64,000 nucleotides of DNA from contig JAZKYZ010000028.1 of assembly GCA_045612385.1 (NCBI GenBank), positions 701 through 64,700 on the forward strand, read 5' to 3'. The notes under the pieces are model-generated. The model ran no database searches. It was given only the letters and a program-made list of their open reading frames with translations, and had not been told where the DNA came from. The DNA comes from Eubacteriales bacterium. Lineage in GTDB: Bacteria > Bacillota > Clostridia > Oscillospirales > CAG-272. Within the stretch, counting starts at the first letter, position 1. Every line of letters begins with the position of its first letter. This document shows positions 38,009-48,273 of the stretch, in pieces. The translations under genes were made by a program, and so were the position numbers.

Positions 38009-38014
38009 CATTTA

Positions 38015-38043
38015 ATTATAACACTATAATCTTTAAATGTCAA
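38015..38043 (-). promoter_or_regulatory. sigma-A-type promoter of rplU-prp-rpmA operon
   Basis: Minus strand TTGACA (38043-38038), 17 nt, TATAAT (38020-38015). Confidence 0.6.
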
Positions 38044-38085
38044 TACTTTTTAGAGAATTTTTGGAAGCTTTTTGATATTTTTTTA

Positions 38086-38116
38086 ATAAAAAACTGCCCA
38101 CAGGAATGTGGGCAGT
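38086..38116 (-). terminator. intrinsic terminator after efp-linked gene
   Basis: Minus strand ACTGCCCAC-attcct-GTGGGCAGT followed by TTTTTTATT. Confidence 0.7.
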
Positions 38117-38121
38117 ATAAA

Positions 38122-38577
38122 TTATTCTTCTTCGCATCCTTCACAGGATTCGCATTCGCCGTCGCATACTTCGCAATCCATAATTTCATTGCCACATGCG
38201 GGACAAACAAGTTCTTCGCCAAGCAAAGACTCATCAAAGCAAACTACTTCGCCACAAGAAGGACAAACAATTTCATAATAGGAATTGTCGTCATCATCAA
38301 GGTCAAGAACAATGTCCTCATCCTCTTCAGCCTCGTCTCCAACCTCTTCGCCATCTACAAGATACAAATCTTCTTCGACAGCGCCAAGATCCTCGTCGAG
38401 CTCCTCAACATAAGCGCGAAGGTCTTTGTTTTCTTCCTGAAGATCAGAAATTTCTGCACACATTTCAGAAATCAAAGATGCAAGTTCAAGAATGACTTTG
38501 CCCTCTTTCGTTTCGTTGTTCAATCCAAGACCTTCGATAAGTCCTTGAATAAATGCGCTTTTTTCGTTGATGGTCAT
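38122..38577 (-). CDS. acidic zinc-ribbon protein of unknown function (efp-linked)
   Basis: 151 aa from ATG 38577 (SD GGAGGTG). Helical N-terminal part, poly-acidic middle, C-terminal CPSC...CPAC ribbon plus CEVCDGECESCEGC cluster. Confidence 0.65.
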   Translation of the reverse strand: MTINEKSAFIQGLIEGLGLNNETKEGKVILELASLISEMCAEISDLQEENKDLRAYVEELDEDLGAVEEDLYLVDGEEVGDEAEEDEDIVLDLDDDDNSYYEIVCPSCGEVVCFDESLLGEELVCPACGNEIMDCEVCDGECESCEGCEEE

Positions 38578-38601
38578 AATTGACACCTCCAAAAAATCTA
38601 A

Positions 38602-39159
38602 TTATGCTCTTTCAAGATATTCACCAGTTCTGGTGTCAATGCGAAGAATGTCGCCCTCGTTAATGAAAATCGGAACTTTAATTACTGCGCCGGTTTCCAG
38701 AGTAGCAGCCTTAGTAACGTTAGTAGCTGTATCACCACGAACACCAGGCTCGGTCTCAGTAACTGCGAGTTCAACAAATGTAGGAGGTTCTACGGAGAAA
38801 ACATTGCCCTTCCAAGAACTAATACGGCATACGGTGTTTTCTTTAACAAACTTAAAGTTTTCGCCAAGTTTATCTGCATTAAGAGGAACCTGGTCATAGG
38901 TTTCAGGATCCATAAAGTAGTAGAGTTCGCCATCGTTGTAGAGATACTCAAGATCACGACGCTCAATTTGCGCCTGTTCAAATTTTGCAGTGGGGTTGAA
39001 GGATGCCTCACGGGTTGCGCCCGAAACAACATCTCTGTACTTGGTTCTTACGAACGCAGCACCTTTACCGGGTTTAACGTGCTGGAATTCGATAACCTGA
39101 TAAACTTTACCATCCATTTCAAAGGTAAGACCGTTTTTAAAATCACGTGCTGTAATCAT
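38602..39159 (-). CDS. efp: elongation factor P
   Basis: 185 aa, [16 protein letters not shown] loop with the conserved Lys. Confidence 0.95.
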   Translation of the reverse strand: MITARDFKNGLTFEMDGKVYQVIEFQHVKPGKGAAFVRTKYRDVVSGATREASFNPTAKFEQAQIERRDLEYLYNDGELYYFMDPETYDQVPLNADKLGENFKFVKENTVCRISSWKGNVFSVEPPTFVELAVTETEPGVRGDTATNVTKAATLETGAVIKVPIFINEGDILRIDTRTGEYLERA

Positions 39160-39241
39160 TTTCGTTTCCTTTTCTTGCGGTTAAAATTTTGTCGAGTTAC
39201 TCCATGTACCGCTTTTCATGGCTCATTTGCATACAGTATAT

Positions 39242-39270
39242 ATTTTACTATATTTTTTCCCATTTTTCAA
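39242..39270 (-). promoter_or_regulatory. sigma-A-type promoter upstream of efp
   Basis: Minus strand TTGAAA, 17 nt, TAAAAT. Confidence 0.45.
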
Positions 39271-39318
39271 GGGGTTTTCTAATATTTCTTTGAAAAAGTC
39301 ATAAGTTTTTTAGAAAAT

Positions 39319-40383
39319 TTAGCAAATTTCGATCAGTTCCTTAGTGGAATGGGTGAAATTATGAACTCCTCCCTCTTCGATTGCCACCATATCTTCAATG
39401 CGACAGCCGTACTGACCAAGCAAATAGATACCCGGTTCAACGGTAACAACTTCACCAATTCGAAGCTTTCTGTCAAATCCACGAATAGAAAGGCCTGGTG
39501 TCTCGTGAATAAACAAGCCTACGCCGTGTCCGAGAGAGTGTCCGAAAGTGCCCTTATAATCTTTGTCGATAATATCGCGCGCAATCTTATCAGCTTCTCC
39601 ACAATCTGCGCCAGCTTTCAGGTATGCAATCGCCGAAAGTTGCGCATTCAATACGGTATTGTATACCTTTTTAATCTCCTCATTCGCATGTCCAATGACA
39701 ACTGTTCTTGTCATATCTGAACAATATCCATTGTATTTCGCACCAAAATCCATTGTAAGGAATCCTTGACGAAGTTTGATGTTTCGAGGAGTGCCATGAG
39801 GCAATGCGCTACCATCACCCGAAACAGCAATCGTATCAAAAGCCAATGCATTTGCGCCATTTTTCCTCATTGCATATTCCAGTTCCACAGCCACATCAAG
39901 CTCTGTCATATTAGGGGTTAAAACAGAAAGAATATGCTTGAAGGCGAGGTCGGTAATATCTTGTGCCTTCTGCATCATAGAAATTTCTTCTGGAGTCTTA
40001 ATTTGACGCAAAATCTCCACCGTGTTTCCAATATCTACAAATTCAAAATCTGGATAATTCTTTTTATATCCTTCATAAACGGCAAAAGCAACGCTTGCGC
40101 CCTCCAAAGCAACTACTTTCGCATTCTCGTTTTTAAGTGCTTCTGTAATAAAATCTCTACGCTTTTCAGGCATTGTAATTTCAAACTCGGGATATGCCTC
40201 CTTTTGCGCGTGCTCAAAATAACGGAAGTCCGTTATCATAATCGAACGTGTCTTGGTAATTAAGAGCGCGCCGTCTGTAAACGCAAAACCAGACAAATAT
40301 CTTTGGTTTAATTCATCAAGACAGAGAAAAGCATCAATTCCCTTCTCACTCATATGTTCGCGTAATCTTTTTAAATGAATCAT
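39319..40383 (-). CDS. M24-family Xaa-Pro aminopeptidase
   Basis: Pita-bread fold metal ligands (DFGAKYNGYCSDMTRT, HSLGHGVG, EPGIY, RIED). ATG 40383 has an SD; the track start is TTG. Confidence 0.9.
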   Translation of the reverse strand: MIHLKRLREHMSEKGIDAFLCLDELNQRYLSGFAFTDGALLITKTRSIMITDFRYFEHAQKEAYPEFEITMPEKRRDFITEALKNENAKVVALEGASVAFAVYEGYKKNYPDFEFVDIGNTVEILRQIKTPEEISMMQKAQDITDLAFKHILSVLTPNMTELDVAVELEYAMRKNGANALAFDTIAVSGDGSALPHGTPRNIKLRQGFLTMDFGAKYNGYCSDMTRTVVIGHANEEIKKVYNTVLNAQLSAIAYLKAGADCGEADKIARDIIDKDYKGTFGHSLGHGVGLFIHETPGLSIRGFDRKLRIGEVVTVEPGIYLLGQYGCRIEDMVAIEEGGVHNFTHSTKELIEIC

Positions 40384-40402
40384 TTTCTTTTTCCTTTCCA
40401 AT

Positions 40403-41242
40403 TTATATCGAATATCTTTGTTTCATCAGCAATGCATCCTCGAGTTGCGTACCGGCGCTTTCGCAAATAATCGTCGGAGATAAATCATTTTTCTTGAGCA
40501 TATCACATAGAGGCTCATAAGGAGGGCCAAAGTCAACGCGATCAAACGTGTGATGTCTCTTCTCTCCTTTGTCCGTCCACTCAATCATAGAAAAGTGACA
40601 ATGCAAATTTTTTGCGACATCATCACCGAGTGCAAGAGCGATTTTTTCAAAAACGCGATAGTAATCTTCTTCTGTTTTATACACCCCGCCACATTCCCTT
40701 GCATTTAAATGACCAAAATCAACGACCGGAACAAGCGCTGGGTCCATCTCACAAATAGAAAGAACTTCTTCGAGAGTTCCCAGTTGATTGATTTTGCCCA
40801 TTGTTTCAATACCAAGAGAAATGCCGTAGCGCTCCACAGTACACAACGTCTTATAAAGCGTATCCTTTGCAAGCAAAAGCGCTTCTTGCCTTGATATTTT
40901 CGCGCACGACCCAGCATGAATTACAATCGTTTTCGCACCGAGCAAATGCGCAGCATTTAAACTTTGTTGTATGTAGTCAATGCTATTGAGCCTCTTGCTT
41001 TCTTCCACGCTTGAAAGAGAAATAAAATACGGCGTATGAAAAGACATTGCTACCCCCTGCTCCTTCGCTCTTCTTCCTATTTCGCGAAAAAGCGAAGCAT
41101 TCCCACCGATTCCATTTCCTGCTTCGTATTCATATGCATCCAAACCACGCATTTTTACAAATAAAGGGGCATCTAAAGTGGATTTGAAACCCGAAAGATA
41201 GAATGATTCAGAGTTTCCACCTGGTCCAAATTTCGCACTCAT
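40403..41242 (-). CDS. TIM-barrel protein, AP endonuclease family 2 / xylose isomerase-like
   Basis: MSAKFGPGGNSESFY...GLDAYEYE N-terminus and HAG / DFGH metal-site motifs. 279 aa. Confidence 0.78.
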   Translation of the reverse strand: MSAKFGPGGNSESFYLSGFKSTLDAPLFVKMRGLDAYEYEAGNGIGGNASLFREIGRRAKEQGVAMSFHTPYFISLSSVEESKRLNSIDYIQQSLNAAHLLGAKTIVIHAGSCAKISRQEALLLAKDTLYKTLCTVERYGISLGIETMGKINQLGTLEEVLSICEMDPALVPVVDFGHLNARECGGVYKTEEDYYRVFEKIALALGDDVAKNLHCHFSMIEWTDKGEKRHHTFDRVDFGPPYEPLCDMLKKNDLSPTIICESAGTQLEDALLMKQRYSI

Positions 41243-41747
41243 AGTTTTCAGGATGCTCCTTTCTGTATTTTCTCAAAAATGGTTTTTCAAAAAAACGTTT
41301 GCTCTTTGTAAATAAATCTGCCTTATCTCGAATGGGAGGCACAAGAATCACAGGAAGTCCTGCATTGTGAGCACCTAAAACATCTGTCCATATCTGATCT
41401 CCCATAAAAAACGCATTCTCTTTGCTGACACCTAAAGCATTCAAAGCACGAAGAATATTCTTCTTAAATGGCTTAAAAGAACTCCAATATGCTACGTACC
41501 CAAGTTTTTCATTAAAATGTTCAACACGCTCTCTTTTGTTGTTAGAAATGAATGCCACTTTAACGCCAAGCGCATTGATAGAAGAAAGCCACGCAAGCAA
41601 CTCTTCGCTTGGCGTATCGTTTTCATAGGGTTCAAGGGTGTTATCTATATCTAAAAGTAGTGCTTGGATTGAATTTTTTTGGATAAACTCTGGCGTTACA
41701 TCAAGATAAGAAGAAAAGCAATAATCAGGAATAAATTTTCCACTCAT
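41208..41747 (-). CDS. yqeG: YqeG-family HAD-IIIA phosphatase
   Basis: LLLDIDNTL motif I, ISNN motif II, GDQIWTDV motif IV. 179 aa. Confidence 0.82.
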   Translation of the reverse strand: MSGKFIPDYCFSSYLDVTPEFIQKNSIQALLLDIDNTLEPYENDTPSEELLAWLSSINALGVKVAFISNNKRERVEHFNEKLGYVAYWSSFKPFKKNILRALNALGVSKENAFFMGDQIWTDVLGAHNAGLPVILVPPIRDKADLFTKSKRFFEKPFLRKYRKEHPENYECEIWTRWKL

Positions 41748-42970
41748 TGTTCTCTCCTCTGTGTGTAAAACTTTGCAAGTCCACCCTCACTGGTTTCACG
41801 ATAAATAGCGTGGAGATCCTTACCCGTATTATACATAGTTTCGACAACCATGTCAAAGCTAATCTTTCTGGAGTCTGTCAAGAAGTTCGCAAGAGAAAGG
41901 GCATTGATAGATCTCATGGCAGCAACTGCATTTCTTTCGATACAGGGAATCTGCACCAATCCTGCGATCGGGTCGCATGTCAAACCAAGATGATGTTCCA
42001 TCGCAACTTCGGCTGCATACTCTATTTGATCCAGTCCCATTTCAAAGAGTTCAGCAAGTGCAGCAGACGCCATAGAGCAAGCTGAGCCAATTTCCGCTTG
42101 ACATCCACATTCTGCGCCACTGATGGAAGCATTGGTTTTAATGATATTTCCAACAACACCTGCTGTTGCCAATGCACGCACAATTTGCGCATCCGTGAAT
42201 CCACGAGAATCCTGCATATACTTCAAAACAGATGGAACCACTCCAGAAGCACCACACGTCGGCGCTGTAACGATCGTACCACCCGACGCATTTTGTTCGC
42301 CTACGGCAAAGGCATAAGAACATACCAGACGATTCTCTCTTGTTTGTGCCGATTCATCAATATGCCTTTGATTGTAAAGAATTTGCGCACGTCGCATAGT
42401 CGAAAGACCACCCGGCAAAATACCTGAAGTTGTCAATCCTTCATGAATGCTTTGCTTCATCTGTTCCCAAACGGTTGCAAGATAATCGAAGATTTCATCA
42501 CCTTCGCATTCTCTAACGAAATCTGGGATTCTGATTCCACGTTCTTTACAATAATTTGCAATATCCGTGTATGAATTCAAGGGATACACATCTAATTTCG
42601 TGTTTTCCCCGTTGGCATCCAGTGACTCGCCATCAAAAACAATAGAACCACCACCAACGCTGTATACACGTTTTTGGCAAACGCTTTTACCACCCTTGAA
42701 CATTTCAATATCCATCATATTGGGATGAATATCGCAAGGTGTTTCTGTGTCAAATACAACTTCACAGTGAAGTGGCTGAAAGGTTTCAATCAAAACGCGA
42801 TCTGTGCCGTGTCCTTCTCCCGTCAGTGCAAGCGAGCCATAAAGTGTTACTTTAACTTCGTCTGCATCCGGATTTTGTGCAAGAGTAATTTTTGCTGCTC
42901 TTTCAGGACCCATTGTGTGAGAACTGGAGGGTCCACGTCCGATTTTATATAATTCTTTAAGTGATTGCAT
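41744..42970 (-). CDS. sdaA: L-serine ammonia-lyase (Fe-S dependent, single-chain)
   Basis: LKELYKIGRGPSSSHTMGP N-terminus and alpha-domain Cys motifs (GAECGCQAEIG). Confidence 0.87.
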   Translation of the reverse strand: MQSLKELYKIGRGPSSSHTMGPERAAKITLAQNPDADEVKVTLYGSLALTGEGHGTDRVLIETFQPLHCEVVFDTETPCDIHPNMMDIEMFKGGKSVCQKRVYSVGGGSIVFDGESLDANGENTKLDVYPLNSYTDIANYCKERGIRIPDFVRECEGDEIFDYLATVWEQMKQSIHEGLTTSGILPGGLSTMRRAQILYNQRHIDESAQTRENRLVCSYAFAVGEQNASGGTIVTAPTCGASGVVPSVLKYMQDSRGFTDAQIVRALATAGVVGNIIKTNASISGAECGCQAEIGSACSMASAALAELFEMGLDQIEYAAEVAMEHHLGLTCDPIAGLVQIPCIERNAVAAMRSINALSLANFLTDSRKISFDMVVETMYNTGKDLHAIYRETSEGGLAKFYTQRREQ

Positions 42971-42998
42971 AGCAAACCTCTATTCTTTCATTTTCTTT

Positions 42999-43027
42999 AT
43001 TATAATAAAATATGTCCTTATTGTCAA
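42999..43027 (-). promoter_or_regulatory. sigma-A-type promoter of sdaA-yqeG cluster
   Basis: Minus strand TTGACA (43027-43022), 17 nt, TATAAT (43004-42999). Confidence 0.55.
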
Positions 43028-43047
43028 GCATTGAGACGCGTTTTTGT

Positions 43048-43082
43048 AAAAAAAAAGAACTTCGTTAAGAAAACGAAGTTCT
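43048..43082 (-). terminator. intrinsic terminator after tRNA-Arg
   Basis: Minus strand AGAACTTCGTT-ttctt-AACGAAGTTCT (11-bp stem) followed by a T9 run. Confidence 0.75.
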
Positions 43083-43084
43083 TC

Positions 43085-43160
43085 TGGCGCGCCCTGGAGG
43101 ATTCGAACCTTCGACCTACCGGTTCGTAGCCGGGCACTCTATCCACTGAGCTAAGGGCGC
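43085..43160 (-). tRNA. tRNA-Arg (anticodon ACG)
   Basis: Reverse complement: acceptor GCGCCCT/AGGGCGC, D-arm GCTCAGTGGATAGAGT, anticodon loop CTACGAA, GGTTCGAATCC T-arm, encoded CCA. Confidence 0.92.
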
Positions 43161-43166
43161 ATATTT

Positions 43167-43240
<74 letters not shown>

Positions 43241-43267
43241 ATCTGCCATTCAATCAACGGCTTTACT

Positions 43268-43296
43268 ATAATAACACAAAATACCATATTTGTCAA
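43268..43296 (-). promoter_or_regulatory. sigma-A-type promoter for tRNA-Gly/tRNA-Arg
   Basis: Minus strand TTGACA (43296-43291), 17 nt, TATTAT (43273-43268). Confidence 0.5.
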
Positions 43297-43371
43297 GGGT
43301 TTTTGAAAAGTTTTTTAAAAAATAGTGTTTTTTATTTTATTATTTCAAAAACACTCAATACACAGAAAATG

Positions 43372-43402
43372 TAAAAGAGGACAGAATGTTTCTCTGCCCT
43401 CT
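43372..43402 (-). terminator. intrinsic terminator after leuS
   Basis: Minus strand AGAGGGCAGA-gaaacat-TCTGTCCTCT (one G-U) followed by TTTT. A second AGTGTTTTT/AAAAACACT hairpin lies at 43324-43355. Confidence 0.65.
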
Positions 43403-43434
43403 TTATATCAATCATAATATGGATTCGCTGGAAA

Positions 43435-45837
43435 TTATTTCACAACGATATTTACAATCTTTCCAACGACTACAATTTCTTTAAAAGGTGTTTTTCCATC
43501 CAAAGCAGCAATCACCTTAGGATCTGCGTGCACAATGGCAAGAATTTCTTCCTGACTTGCTGCTTTAGGTACAGTAATCACCGCACGAACTTTGCCGTTT
43601 ATCTGAACAGGCATAGTCACGCTATCATCCACTGTTTTGCTTTCATCATATTCGGGCCACTTTGCAAGCGACACGAGCCCACTCTCACCAAGAATTTCAC
43701 ATACTTCTTCGGCGATATGAGGCGCAAAGGGGGAAAGCAGTTTTGCAAACAAAACAAGATCATTTCTCGAAATTTCACCAGCATCTGCAATGGTATTGAC
43801 CAAAGCCATCATAGCTGCAATCGCAGTATTAAACTTCATTTGATCAATATCCTGAGTTACCTTCATAATGGTCTTATGAAGCGCTTTTTCTACTTCTTTT
43901 GGGCTTTCCTTTGCTGTAACAATATCGGTTAAATTGAGGAAACGTTCCAGGAAGCGTTTGCATCCCTTAATCGACTGTGGATTCCAAGGAGCGCTTTGCT
44001 CAAAATCGCCGATAAACATTTCGTAAAGACGCATTGTGTCCGCACCGTAATCACGAATGATATCGTCTGGATTCACGACATTACCACGAGATTTAGACAT
44101 CTTCTCGCCATTTTCTCCAAGAATCATACCGTGACTCGTACGCTTTGCATACGGCTCATTGACGGTAACAATGTCAATATCAAAGAGGAACTTTGCCCAG
44201 AAACGAGAGTACAAAAGGTGAAGTGTAGTATGCTCCATACCACCATTGTACCAGTCAACAGGCATCCAGTATTCAAGAGCTTCTTTAGATGCCAACTCCT
44301 CTTCATTGTGAGGATCGCAATAACGAAGGAAGTACCACGAAGAACCTGCCCATTGAGGCATTGTATCGGTCTCTCTCTTTGCAGGACCACCACATTTAGG
44401 ACAAGTGCAGTTTACCCAATCTGTCATAAGCGAAAGAGGTGATTCACCAGTTTCCGTAGGTTCGTAAGATTCCACCTCAGGAAGCTGGACCGGAAGGTCT
44501 TCTTCATTCACGGCAACCCATCCACATTTTTCACATTCTACAAGAGGAATAGGCTCACCCCAATATCTTTGGCGAGAAAAAACCCAGTCACGAAGCTTAT
44601 AATTTACTTTTTCGGTGCCAATGCCCTCTTTTTCAAGATGAGCAATCATTACGCGTTTCGCATCAGCAACTTCAAGACCATTCAGGAAACCAGAATTTAC
44701 AAGAACACCCGTTTCAACATCAGTAAAGGCTTCATTTTGAACATCGCCACCAGCGACAACTTCAATAATGGGAAGATTAAACTTTTTCGCAAAATCCCAG
44801 TCACGTTCGTCGTGTGCAGGTACTGCCATAATTGCGCCTGTGCCATAGCCAGCAAGAACATAGTCCGAAACAAAAATCGGAATTTCTTTACCTGTCACTG
44901 GATTATATGCGCGAACGCCAAGCAATTCTACGCCTGTCTTTTCTTTTACAAGTTCAGTACGTTCAAAATCAGATTTTTTAGATGCCTCTTCCTTGTATGC
45001 AATGATTGCATCATAATTTTGAAGGGCTCCCTTCCATTTCTCAATATAAGAATGTTCAGGTGCAATTACCATATAGGTTGCGCCAAAGAGCGTATCAGGA
45101 CGAGTGGTATAAACACGAAGAGTGTCACCCTCTGTAGTCTTAAATTCAATTTCAGCGCCAGTAGATTTACCAATCCAGTTAATCTGCTGTGTCTTTACTC
45201 TCTCTATGTAGTTAAGTCCAGCGAGATCCTCTGCGAGTCTGTCGGCATATTCCGTGATTTTAAGCATCCATTGGCTCTTTACTTTACGAATAACGGTGCT
45301 TTGACAGCGTTCACATACACCATTCACCACCTCTTCGTTCGCAAGAACGACCTTGCAGGAAGTACAGAAATTAACTGCCATTTCCTTCTTATACGCAAGA
45401 CCTTTCTTGAAAAGCTGAAGAAAAATCCACTGTGTCCATTTATAATAGGAAGGATCTGTGGTGTTGATTTCTCTACTCCAATCAAAAGAAAGACCAAGCG
45501 CCTTTAATTGCGCCTTAAATCTGGCAACATTACGTTCCGTAACGATTTTAGGGTGAATTTTATTTTTAATCGCAAAGTTTTCGGTAGGAAGACCGAACGC
45601 ATCCCAACCCATAGGATAGAGAACATTGAATCCCTGCATTCTTTTTTTGCGAGCAACAATGTCCAGTGCCGTATATGGGCGAGGATGTCCTACGTGTAAA
45701 CCTTGTCCAGATGGATAAGGAAATTCAACGAGAGGATAATATTTTGGAAGCGTAAAGTCCTGTTTTGCCTCAAATGCTCCTCTTTCATCCCAGATTCTTT
45801 GCCATTTTGCTTCAATTTGTTTGTAGTCGTAAAACAT
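43435..45837 (-). CDS. leuS: leucine--tRNA ligase
   Basis: 800 aa, HVGH (HIGH) and KMSKS motifs, CP1 editing domain. Confidence 0.96.
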   Translation of the reverse strand: MFYDYKQIEAKWQRIWDERGAFEAKQDFTLPKYYPLVEFPYPSGQGLHVGHPRPYTALDIVARKKRMQGFNVLYPMGWDAFGLPTENFAIKNKIHPKIVTERNVARFKAQLKALGLSFDWSREINTTDPSYYKWTQWIFLQLFKKGLAYKKEMAVNFCTSCKVVLANEEVVNGVCERCQSTVIRKVKSQWMLKITEYADRLAEDLAGLNYIERVKTQQINWIGKSTGAEIEFKTTEGDTLRVYTTRPDTLFGATYMVIAPEHSYIEKWKGALQNYDAIIAYKEEASKKSDFERTELVKEKTGVELLGVRAYNPVTGKEIPIFVSDYVLAGYGTGAIMAVPAHDERDWDFAKKFNLPIIEVVAGGDVQNEAFTDVETGVLVNSGFLNGLEVADAKRVMIAHLEKEGIGTEKVNYKLRDWVFSRQRYWGEPIPLVECEKCGWVAVNEEDLPVQLPEVESYEPTETGESPLSLMTDWVNCTCPKCGGPAKRETDTMPQWAGSSWYFLRYCDPHNEEELASKEALEYWMPVDWYNGGMEHTTLHLLYSRFWAKFLFDIDIVTVNEPYAKRTSHGMILGENGEKMSKSRGNVVNPDDIIRDYGADTMRLYEMFIGDFEQSAPWNPQSIKGCKRFLERFLNLTDIVTAKESPKEVEKALHKTIMKVTQDIDQMKFNTAIAAMMALVNTIADAGEISRNDLVLFAKLLSPFAPHIAEEVCEILGESGLVSLAKWPEYDESKTVDDSVTMPVQINGKVRAVITVPKAASQEEILAIVHADPKVIAALDGKTPFKEIVVVGKIVNIVVK

Positions 45838-45855
45838 AATCTGTATTCCTTTTAT

Positions 45856-46287
45856 TTAAAACTTCATTTCAATTTCAAATTTTTCATCAACTTCGGCGAT
45901 AATGGTTGCAACATCTCGTCTTGCTGTTGCTGGATAGAGTCTGTCGACATCATAAAAGTCTCTCGACTCCCTATCGAAAATATTTACAATAACATCTCCG
46001 TAGTCTACAAGCAACCACGAATTTGCTGCACGTCCTTCAATTCGCAAAGGAGAACGACCACGCAAGGATAACTTTTCATCCAACAGGTCTGCCAATGCAG
46101 CCACCTGCGTCGACGAAGAGCCGGTTGCATTGATATAATAATCTGTAACACTCGTAAGATCACTTACGTGATACAGCGTAATGTTCTGCCCCTTATGCTC
46201 TACAAGGATTTTAACTGCCTCACGAGCGAGTTCAAACGCAGAAGCCTCAAGTAAGTCTTTAACGATTTCGTCCATACTTTTCTCCAA
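45856..46287 (-). CDS. rsfS: ribosome silencing factor RsfS
   Basis: DYYINATGSSSTQVAALAD and WLLVDYGDVIVNIF motifs, directly upstream of leuS. Confidence 0.85.
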   Translation of the reverse strand: MEKSMDEIVKDLLEASAFELAREAVKILVEHKGQNITLYHVSDLTSVTDYYINATGSSSTQVAALADLLDEKLSLRGRSPLRIEGRAANSWLLVDYGDVIVNIFDRESRDFYDVDRLYPATARRDVATIIAEVDEKFEIEMKF

Positions 46288-46290
46288 TTT

Positions 46291-47289
46291 CTATGATTTC
46301 TGTTTTTGTGGAATATGAATTCCTTTAAGTGTATCATTGTCATACACGTGATAGTCATTGTTTAGGTCATTATAAATATTCACAAAGGAAATCTCGTTTG
46401 AGCATACGAATTTCCCCCGAATATCAAAATTATCAGAATCTGCAAGCAAATAACGCTTGCGAACGTCCATTACTCCTTTTCGGTTCAAAACGTAATAAGA
46501 GAGTCCTCTGCTCGAAATAGCTGCCTCACCAGGCAGAGTGAGATAATATACTTTTGCCCCTGCAAGAGCTTGCATTCCCCCAGCGCTCATACGAATGACA
46601 TCCATTACGTTTATATCTGTGATGATATCGTTTTGTACCATAAGAAATGCATGAATTAAGCGATCTGCGCCCAAACGTTGAGAGAACTTTTCTAACACGC
46701 CACGAAAAAACAATTTCTGTGCATCAAGACGACCGAGATCACCGGTTAAATAACCCTTTCGATAGCGTAAAAACTGTATGCTTTGTTCTCCGTTTAAATG
46801 GTTCTTCCCTTGAGAGAGAGAAAGTGGATTCTCACCAAATTCGTCGGTAAATACACCGGAATTTAGCATCTCTATGTCAATCCCACCAATCGCATCAATG
46901 GCTTGAAGCATTCCTGTGGTCGTGATGGCGACATAACCATCCATTGGAATCGCTAACGCCTCAATAATATCCTTAGTAGCACGACTCATTGCCTCCTTCT
47001 GTGGAAGGTATGCGCGATAAAAGGAATAAATCTGATTGATTTTGTTTTGCGTTCCACCAAAATTAAAATACGTGTCGCGCGGAATTTGAACAAAAGAAAT
47101 TTCGTTCTCTTTCTCCTTATAAGAAACAAAACACAGCACATCCATATTTTGCGCAGCATCATCCAGACCAATCATCAAAATATTTGACGTACTATCAGGG
47201 GACACGCTCGCCTCTTTGTGAGCGCTACTTTCACACGATATATTCATTAAAAGCGATATAATCAGAGGCAGAATCAATAACTTCTTCAT
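46291..47289 (-). CDS. LCP (LytR-CpsA-Psr) family protein
   Basis: N-terminal signal/anchor, ILMIGLDD...DVLCFVSY...VQIPRDTY and LRYRKGY...GDLGRLDAQ motifs. Confidence 0.85.
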   Translation of the reverse strand: MKKLLILPLIISLLMNISCESSAHKEASVSPDSTSNILMIGLDDAAQNMDVLCFVSYKEKENEISFVQIPRDTYFNFGGTQNKINQIYSFYRAYLPQKEAMSRATKDIIEALAIPMDGYVAITTTGMLQAIDAIGGIDIEMLNSGVFTDEFGENPLSLSQGKNHLNGEQSIQFLRYRKGYLTGDLGRLDAQKLFFRGVLEKFSQRLGADRLIHAFLMVQNDIITDINVMDVIRMSAGGMQALAGAKVYYLTLPGEAAISSRGLSYYVLNRKGVMDVRKRYLLADSDNFDIRGKFVCSNEISFVNIYNDLNNDYHVYDNDTLKGIHIPQKQKS

Positions 47290-47333
47290 TTTCCATCTCC
47301 ATTTTTGTTTATTTTAAGGAGACAGTTTCTTTG

Positions 47334-47969
47334 TTATTCGTGGCAAAGAGTAGTGAAAATGGCATTTCTTGTTTTATGCGTTCTGGGAGAAATGAAATAG
47401 TCCCTATTTTGCAAAAAATTTAATGTATTATCCAAAACCTTGAGAAGGCACAAATCAAGTATTCTCTCTGCCACATCTCCGTTTTTAATGCCATTTTCAT
47501 ACATATTTCGGACGTCAACACAATCGGGGTACGTCCGATTCATTTCAATATAATCGGCAAGAAAAATGACCTTTTCAAACGTGGACATCTCTTCTCTTCC
47601 GACTGTATGGTAACAAATGGCGTATAGAATTTCTTTTTTTGCAAACTCAGGATAATCCTGAAGAACAACATAAGGAGCGCAAAAACCGTGAAACAATGTA
47701 GGGGATAAAATATCTTGCTGATCGAATTGATAAACTTCGCTCGGCATTTTCATAATACGAAGCTGCTCTTCTGTCGACATTTCTTTTGCAACGTCATGCA
47801 AAATACCAGCAACATATAAATCTAATAGATTTTTCAATCCGAGATCCACGCCCATTTTATATGCATATTGTGCGACGCCGACACTGTGCAAGAATCTTTT
47901 TTCGCTCATTCGACTACGCACATTTTCCTTGAGCGCACAAATATTTCTGGGAAGTTTTATATTGTTCAT
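47334..47969 (-). CDS. yqeK: HD-domain bis(5'-nucleosyl)-tetraphosphatase YqeK
   Basis: RFLHSVGV...GILHDVAKE HD motif. ATG 47969 overlaps the yhbY stop as ATGA. Confidence 0.85.
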   Translation of the reverse strand: MNNIKLPRNICALKENVRSRMSEKRFLHSVGVAQYAYKMGVDLGLKNLLDLYVAGILHDVAKEMSTEEQLRIMKMPSEVYQFDQQDILSPTLFHGFCAPYVVLQDYPEFAKKEILYAICYHTVGREEMSTFEKVIFLADYIEMNRTYPDCVDVRNMYENGIKNGDVAERILDLCLLKVLDNTLNFLQNRDYFISPRTHKTRNAIFTTLCHE

Positions 47970-48256
47970 GGCAAAAAGATTCTCTGCTTTTTTTCGCTTT
48001 GACGATAAAAAACTATTTTTGTGCCAACAACGCAAACGATTTCAGCACAAATAAGGGGAGCAATTTCTTCTGCTGCTTCTCTTGCCGTATACCCACTATT
48101 TTCCAAAACCTTGATTTTAATTAATTCTCTCGCCTCAAGCGCAGAAGAAAGACCGTCAATCAATTCTTCGCTAACTCCACCTTTACCGATTTGATAAATG
48201 GTGTCATAATTTGTGGCAAGAGAGCGTAAATATGCTCTTTGTTTACTATTTAACAC
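47966..48256 (-). CDS. yhbY: YhbY/CRS1-family RNA-binding protein
   Basis: 96 aa, LNSKQRAYLRSLA...IYQIGKGGV...ELIKIKVL. GTG start with SD AAGGAAG. Confidence 0.85.
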   Translation of the reverse strand: MLNSKQRAYLRSLATNYDTIYQIGKGGVSEELIDGLSSALEARELIKIKVLENSGYTAREAAEEIAPLICAEIVCVVGTKIVFYRQSEKKQRIFLP

Positions 48257-48273
48257 GTTTTTCTTCCTTACCT

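Noticed and set aside
37975-38583. 202-aa plus-strand ORF
   Set aside because: It spans the rplU promoter/terminator region and the antisense of the efp-linked gene. The sequence is F/K/N-rich junk, and the minus-strand features explain the sequence.
44569-45507. 312-aa plus-strand ORF
   Set aside because: It is entirely antisense to the well-conserved leuS. The translation is low-complexity (F/I/N/K/C/R-rich), and there is no SD or promoter. This is a typical shadow ORF of an AT-rich gene.
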